From Dudresnaya verticillata (taxonomy: Eukaryota), in contig OZ374562.1 of the NCBI GenBank assembly GCA_977862235.1, positions 2,542,001 to 2,606,000 of the forward strand: 64,000 bases of DNA, given 5' to 3'. Positions 35,674 to 46,888 of the stretch are shown here, piece by piece. The position numbers and the translations under genes are program-made. Position 1 is the first letter of the stretch. Every line of letters starts with the position of its first letter. Below the pieces are notes generated by a model. The model had not been told where the DNA came from. It saw nothing but the letters and a program-made list of their open reading frames with translations, and did not search any database.

Positions 35674-36753
35674 CTAGTTTCTTGAAGGAAATATCCCAAC
35701 CAAGCAGATAATGAAGTTAATCCCGAGAGAAGGGTCCCGCACGTCCACCGGAGCCCCGGCTCCGGTCGATGATATTTTAACAGTCCCAGTCACGGAGCCC
35801 TCGGGAATAGTCGCAGTCGTATCTGCACCACCAGACACTGTCGTGGTTGCTGTCGCAGTGCCCTTGAGCCCTATCTCCGGGATATCCAACTTCTGTGCCT
35901 CGCACATTGCTTCGCCACCTTCCACATCTGCTGAGAGCGAGCTCAGATCTGCAGTTCCCGACGAGTCTATTGGTAGCTCACTGGTCTTAGAAATTTTCAC
36001 GAGGTTCGTTCGGACGGCTTTCACGCAGCTGGTATCCCTTTTTCTGCATCGGCGTCTGGTGGGAGTGGAAAGTAGCTTTGTGTCTATCGACACGTCAAAC
36101 GCTGCTGCATCCACATTCGCTAGGCTTCCTCCTGACACAGGGCACGTCTGCGGCGCTAGCATGACTTTCTTCTCCATAGTAGTGACGCCGGAAAGGTCAA
36201 CCGTGGTTTCAGCAGTGAGCCCGGACAGAGAGATCGGAATATCTGCGACTTCCGCCGTGCTGAGGTCAGGGGTGGCTTCGTGCTGATGAGCAGCCAAATT
36301 TCGTTCCTCAAGCGACGCTGTTTCGCTGCCCAATTTTTCTCCCAGCCCAACCCTTGATAGACCTAGGCCGGTTCCTGCACCGACTGGTACACGACCCCTA
36401 AGGTCTGGAACACCAAACGTCTGCCTGCCATCACCACCATATGTGATTCCAATAACGGAGAACAAGGCCTCATTCTCACGGATCTGAAGGAGTTGGCCAT
36501 TGCACGGTGCCCAACCGGCCGGCACAAAAGAGCCTTGACAAACCAAAGAGGAGGTGAGTATTGAAAGGTTAGGTAGATGAAGCTGTCAAAAGCAGTGATG
36601 ATGCGCAGGTCAAGGCCGGCAATAACGCAAAGCATATGCGGGAATGAAAAGCGTACCGGCAAACATGCGGACCTCTCCGATAAAACACTCCTGTGACGCG
36701 ACGGATTCGGCGAAGAAGAGAAGGGCGAGCAATGCAAGTGTGACCGCCGTCAT
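35674..36753 (-). CDS. Secreted phage tail-collar domain protein (COG4675/microcystin-dependent protein-like); 2 exons (36753-36657, 36533-35674), 318 aa
   Basis: Exon 1 encodes MTAVTLALLALLFFAESVASQECFIGEVRMFAG. The 123-nt intron runs gtacgc..cctaac..aag. Exon 2 encodes SFVPAGWAPCNGQLL..LFSVIGITYGGDGRQTFGVPDLRGRVPVG..AHQH..PSLGINFIICLVGIFPSRN. Splicing restores the canonical IGEVRMFAGxFxPxGW motif. Confidence 0.92.
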
Positions 36754-37525
36754 GGTTGCTGTGCTGTAGCTGCAGCGACCTCTTGATCGATACAGAGCTG
36801 TGGTGCGACTTGACGGTGGAGGGAAGGGATTGTGATGGTGGTATAGCAGGGTTGCAGGACGGACATAGGAAAGTTTGGCTTGAGGTAGGCACAAGGGCTG
36901 ATTTTTCTTTGCGGCAAGTCGGAAGATATCATTTGATGTTAGCCATTCTGGTATTTCATTAGGGTTGGAAACAAGAGGCGATAAACAGTGGTGCCCAAAA
37001 GGGTAATAGCTCGGCCACTTAGAAAGCGTTGGAGCAAAGACATCAAAATGCCCAAAATGACAGCTTTCTGAAATGTCGGCATCCGACATGCAATGTGGCT
37101 TCTTCTGCATGTTGCGCATGGTCGGATGGACCTATTTCCGATGCCGATCCTTTCCACTCTGTAAACAGCGGTTCCATCAGAGATCCGATGAGGTCATCAG
37201 TGTCTCCATCATCATCACATCTTTATTGAAGCAATACGAACAGCGGAAACCCTAATGACTTAGCCGCTGATGACTACTGAAAGGCCTGGACTAGCGGGAC
37301 GTCGACGATTCACGGCGAGGGCGGTGAGCTGGAGAATGCGGGAAACCAGTGGTGAAACTAACGAATGGTATTCAGTACAGTAGTAGGATTTGTTCCCCGA
37401 TCAGTGTCTCAGTGTCTCAGTAATCGCCGATAGGACATAGGGCGTACAGTACAGTAACATACGTGTCAAGTTGTGCAACAAGAGCTAGACTAAAGAGGGG
37501 ACAGGGACTTTTCAGGGATACCGAC

Positions 37526-40500
37526 GGCTGCACGCCGCGGAGTCATCGGCGTCGGCTGCGCACACCGCGTTCGGGCGGCGGCATCCCGAATCAAGTCTAC
37601 TGCGGACGAGGAGGGTTGCAGCTCGAGCCGCGAAGAAGTTGTTGGCGGCAGTGGCGGTTGCGGCGATGCTGGCTTTGCACACGCTTCCTCTCATCCCTGC
37701 GCGCTGCAACTCTGAAGTTTGCGAGAAGGACACTTCTCAGCAGCTCTGATGAACACGTCACCGCCCGCCCTGGAGGGACAACTGATAGGGTCATCTCGGA
37801 CGGGAAAGAGGGCCAGTTTGGAAGTCTGTGATTGGTAGTTCCGCGCCTCCGTCTCGCTGATTGGCTGTAGTCAGATGGGCTTCTGTCGGGCAATCTGTTG
37901 CAGCACCGCTGCTCTACCCTCATATTTTCTGCGCTTGGTGCAGCTGCAGAACACAACCAGCCGCTCAGTTTAGAGCCCATTTCCTTCGTGGAGCACCGCG
38001 GCCCGTGTGCCTTTCAAAAGTACCCGAAAAAGCTGCTCAGTTTCCCGTTGGTGCACACCACACTGCGAAAAGGATTTTGGGCACCGCGCCGAGAGCCCCC
38101 AATCAGTCGCGAGGTAAGACCGCGGGTCTGCTGCCACACAGTGCGACTTCGCAGCTCTGACATGGGATACCGAAGCGCCCGTCGCGGCTCTTACGGCGCC
38201 TTCGATAGTTCCACCCGCTGCCTGCACCGCGGTTTCGTTGGACCGGCTGGTGCCCGGTTTCGGAAAACTTCCAAACGTCGCTCACTCAAACTCCACACTC
38301 CGCATCGCCCGACCGCTGTCTGCGGCTTCATCGCGTCACGGAATCGTTCGTTTGCACCGCTGCAAAGGCGGCAACGAGTTGCTGTTTAAGGAATCGTGCC
38401 AACAATTCCGTGCCATCCTTGGAGCTGGACAGAACCCTCACAACCTACTGTGGCGAAGCCTTGCGCTTTCGCTTTACCTACCGCTACCCGCCGTTCTCCT
38501 TTTCGTCCCTTGCATCGCTAGTTAGTCGGATACCCACCCATTGACACAGCGTGCTTCCGGGAACACCATGCGAGATGGTGCTGAGGCCCGTCGCTGGCGC
38601 TCAAACCTCGCTGCCAATCCTCCCCGAGCATACCCATCATCATCATTTTGCAAGGCTGTGGCGCGTTCCTTCTCCATGTTGTATGCTCAGCAGAGCGTAC
38701 CAACCGGGCAGTCTCGGCTTAGCACAGGGGGAAGCAAGCCCAATCGGCTTACTGGTAGCGATACGATATTGTTGGACACTAAGGTAGAATACGTACGATA
38801 TAGTCAGATGCACAGTAAGAAGATCTACTTGCTGTAGTCCGAAACGAGTATATAGCCCAACCTTCGGCCATGTCCATGACCTAACAAGAAAAGGTGCGAA
38901 AGATACCAACAAAAAGATGACCATATGAGAAACAGGCCTACTACAACATCCACAAGCACTTGTTTAGGGAACCAGGTATGAGCAAAAGATATGCCACAGA
39001 GAGTCTCGGGTAGCTGTGCCCTATATGTGTGTGGTCTCATTCCTCTTGCTGATATATGCCTCGTGGTGTCTCTCGATGATTTTACGTCACTATTACGCAC
39101 AGCGTACCTGTTCCTTGCCATTTCGAGGAGCCAGAGTTGTGCCTGTCTGAAAGGATGCGTTGTAATCTCAACAGCCCTGTCAAGCTTTCGAAAGCCTGTG
39201 TCACACAAGGAATGTACGAGACGGCACGCCGTAAGGCTTAGGCGCCTGCAACAGGCCTAGGTACAATTCGCACGGTGATCCGGGGAGGTGCACAAAATCA
39301 CTGAGTGTGGAACTGCGTACGGAAGAACGATGGAAACGGGAAGCTTCACTTTCACAGAAAACGTAATCAACAGATCGCGAGGAGTCTACAAAGGACAAGA
39401 GGTATTTCAAAAAGGTTATGTTAGCAACGACAGTTGCCCGCTAACAGCAACATACAGCATCACGTACAATGAAGCTGCCGCGACGAGTCGGAAGAAAGTG
39501 CTCGAGTATGGGGTTCGTGCCCTTCTTAGCAGCAATAAAGTTGGCAGCCTTTCGAAAGGTAACCCCGATATGGCCAGACGTACCATCAGCATTAGGCAGA
39601 GGACAATTCAAAAGCGAGCACAAAGAGTCCGGTAATGCCGGTGCCGTACTGGGAAAGTTATCACTGCTAGGGAATGGACGACGCAGTGGGAGTGCGATAC
39701 AGTAACGTACAGCACCGTACTGGCAGTGCGTCGACCATTCCCTTGCAGTGAGAAGAACTTTTCCGGAGCGGCGACCAGTTCTAATGCGAGAATTGTGGCT
39801 GATGGTTGAGAGTTGCGGAATGCCTGGGCATGTGATGAGGAGCAGAGCTATGGTCGTTAATGCAAACATCCAAAGAGGTACGGATCAGTAGAGGCGCACA
39901 CCCTCCACTGGAGAGTGAAGTGGAGTGGACAAACGGTTCTTCCAACCGCACAACTGAGTACAACTGAGTACGGAAGGAGGACAAGAGGGAGGCGGTGGCA
40001 ATCATTGTTGGAAACGTGGCAGGGGAAATGAGAGAGAATAAGTTCGCTTGGGAAATGAGAAAGGGCTAGGCGCTGTTTTGAAAGTCCTCTGCGATGAAGG
40101 CGGCAGAGAGGGGGATGGAAGAACTGTTGAAGCGACTCGTTAAATATCGACTCATTGGGCCCTGTGCTGTTCGACGAGCGGGAGTGGGTGTTGCGCCGCG
40201 CTTGTGAACGCACCGACGTGGTTCGTATTAGACAGTTCGGGCGAAGGGGAACCACAAATGAAGCTGTTGCGAAACTGGACCAACGGCGGGATGGCGAAGG
40301 CGCGTTGTCGGCGGTGGTGTGTGGCGCGGATTGACAGGTTCGCGCGGTGGGACTGCTGACACAGACAATCGCGTTTCTTGCGACTCGCAACTTGTGATCC
40401 GCGTGGAAGGACACTGGTGGGGCGGGCACTGACGGCTGCTGCAACGCGTCAACAGGTTGCAGAGGTTCGGATGCGGTATCGCAACAGCCGCGGAAGATGT

Positions 40501-42012
40501 CTCATCTTCCACTTCGTTGCTCCCGAGACGCGTCGCGCGCCAGACGTGCGGTGCCTAGGACACGTTGCCCGCGGTGTGCAGCAACGAGGAGGAAGGCATT
40601 ATTGTTTGGATACTTTTGAAAGTGCCATGTGACGCGGTGTCGCAATGGAGAAAACTACTCTGAATGATGCAGTTGGGCATATTCTGCAACTGCACCAAAC
40701 GCAAAAATATGGGTTCAGAGCCGTCGTGCTACAACGAGGACGGCCCTGGTTTCACCCAATTAGCGCGCGGGAAGCGCGAAATGCCCAATCACATGTCTCG
40801 CACCTCATATATCGCCGTTGGGGGAAGATATGAGGTGCGCAGTTCACCTGTGACGCCGGGAGGGTCCTGCGACCAGCTGCTGAGAGCAATTGTTGTGAAA
40901 CCTCTGTGATGCAGAGCAAAGGCCGCACAGCTTTCCCCTTCGGCTTGGAGCGCGACTTGCCCCCTCAATACAAGCGCCCATGGCGCAGGCCGTCGCGCGG
41001 ACAGGATGCACGCAAGGGAGCGGTGGGGGGTTGCGTGGAGTTTCCATTTTTCTTTGCGTCGGTCGGTCTGGATCGTTGTTCAGTGGACGGCGGATTGGGC
41101 TGCTCCTTTTGTGAAACAAACATCTGATTGGTGGCTTCCTGTTCTGCCGTGCGGTTGATTGGCTGTCTTATGGAGCGTTCACGCAGTGACACATATACTT
41201 TGCAATTACTTTTTATCACTTCAGTGTGGCTACGGAAAACCTCCTCACGATACCCCTTTGTCAGATTTCTCGAGTGCAGCACCGCGCTGCGGCCAGAGTG
41301 ACAGAAATACCAAAGAAAAGCACATTTTTACTCTTTGGAGCACTGAGGCGCCACAGTGAATAGCAACGTTATGGGATGTACGTAGAAGGATTTACCGAAG
41401 GTCGGCTTACCGTGTAGCCTTTACGTACATCAAACAAAACCTATCGTTTTGGGAAAAACGCCCTTTCTTTACAATAACGGAACCCCGGCACGACCTATAT
41501 AGCCCTGACACACACTCAATCGCTATTCTGAACGAAGCTCACCCCTCCCTCCCTGCGGCTGGAAGTCATGCTAGCGCCGCAGACGTGCCCTGTGTCGGGA
41601 GGAAGCCTAACGAATGTGGATGCAGCAGCGTTTGACGTGTCGATAGACACAAAGCTACTTTCCACTCCCACCAGACGCCGATGCAGAAAGAGGGATGCCA
41701 GCTGCGTGACAGCCGTCCGAACGAACCTCGTGAAAACCTCCAAGACCAGTGAGCTACCAATAGACTCGTCGGGAACTGCAGATCTGAGCTCGCTCTCAGT
41801 AGATGTGCAAGGTGGCAAAGCAATGCGTGAGGCACAGAAGTCGAACATCCCGGAGGTAGGGCTCAAGGGCACTGCGACAGCTACCACGACAGTCTCTGGT
41901 GATGTAGATACGATTGTGACTATTCCCGAGGGCTCCGCGACTGGGGCGGTTGAAGTATCATTTACCGGAGCCGGGGCTCCAGTGGACGTGCGGGACCCCT
42001 TCTCGTGGCATT
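37526..42012 (-). repeat. Right arm of the large inverted repeat
   Basis: Reverse complement of 30984..35433, with a ~46-bp indel near 39330-39378 and scattered SNPs. Confidence 0.95.
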
Positions 42013-42014
42013 AA
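41568..42014 (+). pseudogene. Truncated tail-collar gene copy (148-aa ORF)
   Basis: As 30984..31428; ends DPFSWH*. Confidence 0.85.
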
Positions 42015-42390
42015 TTTATTATCTATACCGATCGATAACGGCATTAGGGATATGACCATCACACTACTGTGAATAGTATACTGTACACAGTTCGCCACAA
42101 CCTTGAATTTACGGTCATAAAGCAGGGTCATCAAAACAATTAATACGCTCAAGAGAAGTACTACCTTTGCGAAACAGCTAACCAGGCAATAGCCGCGCTA
42201 GTTCTAACCACTTCAATTCTGCTACATCCTTCCGTCATTTTGCAAGCAGCTTGTGTGTAGGTAGTAGCATAAACAAGTTGGGTCCTTATGAAGGATGCAC
42301 AAAATGTTCCAAATCACTCAGTCCACGTCCAAGCTTCATGCAGACACACAATATTTGCAATCTTATCACCCAAGCAGCACAATCAGAGCT

Positions 42391-42969
42391 CTATTCGCGG
42401 CGGCTTGGACTGGGGTAGTTGCATTTACCGCTGACACAATGGAGGCCAGGGCAGCAAGACGAAGATAAAGCGCAGGATTCGAAGCGGTTGAAACAGCATT
42501 TCTTGGAAATAAAACTACAAGCACTTCCCTGGCAGCATTCCTCGTTCCCTCTGCAATCTCTTCCTACTTGAAGACAGGCGGTCTGCTTGCATTTGTTGTG
42601 GACGCAATTGTACGGAAAGCAGCAAGAATCGCTTGAAGTGCAGGAGCCATCGCGACGCACACAGCATTTTTGGTTAATGCAAGTCATTCCTGAACAGCAC
42701 TCCAGGTAATCCCGGTCACAAGAATCGCCGGCAGGCTTGCAATCGCCACATTTCGAGCTGGATTTCAGGCAGACACTACTACAGCAGTGCTGCCGGGGTC
42801 TACAACTCCACCCCTTCCAACGACAAAATCCGAAAATACCTCTATCGACGGGTCCAAGTGTTTCTCTGAGTTTTTGCCGTCGAGCACTGCTGATGCTGAC
42901 GGCGGAGCAGGTCTGAGATTGGATCCCCAAGTAGCACAGAAGTGCGACAACCAGAATGATCGAATTCAT
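42391..42969 (-). CDS. Secreted multi-knottin precursor, 5 modules
   Basis: Paralogue of 29955..30533 in mirror position; pro-site reads VDRG. Confidence 0.9.
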   Translation of the reverse strand: MNSIILVVALLCYLGIQSQTCSAVSISSARRQKLRETLGPVDRGIFGFCRWKGWSCRPRQHCCSSVCLKSSSKCGDCKPAGDSCDRDYLECCSGMTCINQKCCVRRDGSCTSSDSCCFPYNCVHNKCKQTACLQVGRDCRGNEECCQGSACSFISKKCCFNRFESCALSSSCCPGLHCVSGKCNYPSPSRRE

Positions 42970-45900
42970 GGCATAAGTTGCTCTTTCGCTCTCCTCTTCT
43001 TTCTTGACTTGCGTTTAGGCAGTGATCCACGACTTGGAGACCGAGTTTTGCCTTCGGGGGTAGGGTATATCTATATACTGTTGTGTATATAAGTCGCACC
43101 TCTCTGCAGCGTAGAACCCTTGAGAATGCCTTCAAATGGCTCTTTGTAGTTCTGAACTGTGTGATCTTGAATGGTTTTAACTGAAGCGCTCTCTAACGAC
43201 TCCTTTAGTGCTACGCCTTGCTCCCTCGCATCCATCCATTCATCCATCTATGAGTTTCCTTTGCAACCGATACTGCAAGTGAAAAAGCCGCTGCCTTTGA
43301 CAGACACAACAGCACAGATTCATTTGTTGCGCGACATTGACCAATCGTTTTCTTTAAATGTTTAACCGCTAGAAGCAACCAATTGCGGAGCGTGACTGTG
43401 ACGCAGGCTTGGGCTTTGCAGGGCTCCCCGCTATCTTCTATAACATTTCTTCACGCACACTCTCTGTTGATACTTTGCTGCTATGGATATGCCGCATAAC
43501 ATGGTGGTTTTCGGCAAGCATATACATATAATCGTTTAAACAAGCGCAATACACAAACTTGAACCTGCCGTTCTCAGCGTTGCGCCGAAATAAACACCCT
43601 AAAGCATTCCACATCGTAGGAACCAGTCCCACAGAATCGTACCCTATAGTGTTTTGGGACCTAGAGTTTGCCACGTTCTTCGGGATACGGTCCGTAGGTA
43701 TCTCAAAATAGTACTGTTAAAAACAGAGAAGGGGGATCTTTTTGAGGAGATAAAAGGGAGCTCTACAAAGCTCCCGGGAAAAAGAGGGAGCGATTATTAT
43801 GGAGTTCCTCTGAGAAATAATTTCCATTTCCACTCCTAGGTTGAACGAGCAATTGCATAGAAAAGCGGCGACTATGTACAGTATGTTGCGCATATGTAAT
43901 GACTGTTCATTTTCGTGTCAAGGTCTCTGAAAGCAAAACGGTAAGGATTGCTACAGCGTATTCTCGACACAGTAGGCGAGTCGTTCCAACCAGTGGAGCG
44001 AGTGTCGGTTCTTTGAAAGTTGGCAACGTGCGAGCATCAGCAAATTGGCTCAACCAGCCGTAACCGCATATTGGCTGAAATTAGTGGCCTAAACACAGCT
44101 GGGTCACAGGGGACTCTCCCTGTGCACGAAAACATTTTCGAAGCTTTATAAATACGTGACAGAGACGTTTAACAATAAAGCACTAATCTCTCAATAGGAA
44201 AGAATGGGTAACTCGATTGTGCTTTGCACAGCACGTAGATTTCTTCAAGCCTGCTCTCAGCAGCGAGGCGCGTTGTGTCGAGTGACCTGACTCGAGCCAC
44301 GCCCGCACTACCAAGGAGTAGCTCCGGCTCTAGAATGGCACGACAAGAATGGCGATTCTATATTATTGTAGACAAGATCCGTACCAAGACATTATAAGGC
44401 TCTAAACGTCCGACCACTCGAGATAGATCTTTTGGATGAGCTGATGCAGAAGGGAGACCCTCTTTCAAGGGACGAAGCATGGAAATGATATCGTGTTGAC
44501 GTTTTCGTCAACAATATTGCTACATTATTCCTGATCTCAGAAGCCAAGAACACGGTAAAAGGAATCGCACTGTAGATAGTGCGTGCGTGTGTACTGGAGA
44601 TTGTTCTACAGCCGTCAGGTAAAGCGATTCGAGCTCCCGGCTGTTGAGACATGAGAGAGAAAACTATACGCCACTCTTCTCTGCATTGGTTTGGCTGCCG
44701 AATCCTCTGCACCCCACGGACACAAGTTGGCTTCCAAACTTGGGCGTCATTGTTTGTCCGCTCGCACTATCGAAGCGCTATTTCTACGATATGTGTCAAT
44801 AAAGCATACCGTTGTGGACTGAACCTGAAGAGTAGTCAAAAGAAACAATTACAGGACTCCAAACCATAAATTTGCTAGACTACTTGCAGACTACTTGCAA
44901 CGTTCAGATTTTGCTCCTGCTGTTTGAAGAGAGTTCGAATAAAAAGGCACGAACCGTAAAAGGATGGAGCGATTTAGAACTACATTTTGCAATTGGATCT
45001 GTGCGTCAAGTGAAGCTCAGTAATGAAGGAGAGGTTCGAGGCCTGCGTTTCGCGTTTTGCAAACAAAAGGAGACCTACTTGTATTCATTTATTGTATCGC
45101 TGATTACATTGCTGTCAAGGAAGGGACATCCTCCATCGCTGAGAATGCACAGAGAAGCTTGCTCTCTTAACATCTCTTACTACGCTCGTTCTTCAGTGTG
45201 TTGCAGTTAGCGTGAATCGCTGCAACCTATCCCCTCCTCCTGCAATGTGTCCTGGTAGTTGGACCCTTTCCCAAGGTTGCTTTTTTAGTATAAAACAGAG
45301 GTTGTGCTTCTTCATTTATTGGAAGTGAAGACATCGCAATTGCACAAAAGCTGGCAAAATAACAACGATTTACATGACCACGACGCTACTGTGAATAGTA
45401 TACACAGTTCGCAATAACGTTGAGTTTACGGTCATAAAACATGGCCATCAAAACTATTAATGTGTTCACGAGAAGTACTGCCCATTAAATAATATCTCCC
45501 TCTTACTCCTGGGAGCTTCGTAGAGCTCCTTCTTAGCTCCTCAATAAGGTCCCGCCTTCCCGGTTTTGACAGTAATATAGATATCTACCAACCGCATCCC
45601 GACGAACGTGACGGCCACGAAGTCCCAAAACCAGAACCAAACAGAACCAATACCGTAGGATACGGTTCTGTGCGACTGGTTCCTACGTCGTGGAATGCTT
45701 TAGGGTGTTCATTTCAGTGCAACGATGAGAACGGCAGGTTAAAGTTTGTATATTGCGCTTGTTTAAACGATTATATGCGCCCATTGTCGAAACTATTCTT
45801 ACACCGACTAGTCATTACAACAACAGCAATATCGCAGCATCTAGAAGACTCTCCTTATGCAGACAGTCCTCTTCTGGCCTTACACATGATGACAGTTTAT

Positions 45901-46471
45901 TAAACTTGCCGGAAACCATCATGTTATGCGGCATAGCCATAGCAGCAAAGTATCAACAGAGAGTGTGAGTGAAGGAACTTTATAGAAGATAGCGGGGAGC
46001 CTTGCAAACTCCAAACATGCGTCACAGTCACGCTACGCAATATGTTACCTCTAGCTGTTAAATCATCGAAGGAAACGATTGGTCTATAATGGTCTATATC
46101 GCAACAAATGAGAACCTTTAATCAACAAATGAAGCTGTTCTGTTGTGTCTGTAATAGGCAGCAGTGGCTTTTGCACTTTCAGTATCGGTTGCAGAGGAAA
46201 CTCATGGATGGATGGGTGGATGCGAAGGAGCAAGGCGTACCACTAAAGGAGTCGTTGGAGAGAGGGCTTCAGGTAAAACCATTCAAGATGATACAGTTCA
46301 GCCCAACTCAGAGCCAGTTGAAGGCTTTCTCAAGGACTCTACTCTGCAGAGGCGTGCGATTTACATGTATATATACCATACCCCCGAAGGCAAAACGCGG
46401 TCTCCAAGTCGTGGATCACTGCCTAAACGTAACTCGAGAAAGAGAAGGAGAGCGAAAGAGCAACTTATATC

Positions 46472-46888
46472 ATGAATTCGATCATTCTGGTTGTCACACT
46501 GCTGTGCTACTTGGGGCTTCAATCTCAGACCTGCTCTGCAACCAGCATTACCAGAGTTCGAGGGCAAAAACGCAGAGAAATACTGGCACCCGTCGATAGA
46601 CGTATTCTCGGACGGTGTCGGAGGGAGGGATGGGGTTGTAGCTCCCACTACAGGAAGCGCTGCTGTGGAACTCTTGTCTGCCTCCAATCCAGCTTGAAGT
46701 GTGCCGATTGTAAGCCCGCCCTCCGTTCTTGTACACCGAATAACGGGGAGTGCTGTTCAGGAATGAGTTGTCTTAACCGAAAATGCTGTGTGCGTCGCTT
46801 TGGCTCCTGCACTTCATCATCTTCTTGCTGTCCTGGGTTTCAATGTGTCGGGTATAAATGCGTTTTCAACACCGTATCCCTGCAGTAG
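46472..46888 (+). CDS. Secreted multi-knottin precursor, 3 modules
   Basis: Paralogue of 26741..27160. Confidence 0.88.
   Translation: MNSIILVVTLLCYLGLQSQTCSATSITRVRGQKRREILAPVDRRILGRCRREGWGCSSHYRKRCCGTLVCLQSSLKCADCKPALRSCTPNNGECCSGMSCLNRKCCVRRFGSCTSSSSCCPGFQCVGYKCVFNTVSLQ

Noticed and set aside
35674..36546. Interpretation as prophage, tailocin/eCIS or bacterial contaminant
   Set aside because: No other phage, sheath or baseplate genes; the gene has a spliceosomal intron and eukaryotic neighbours.
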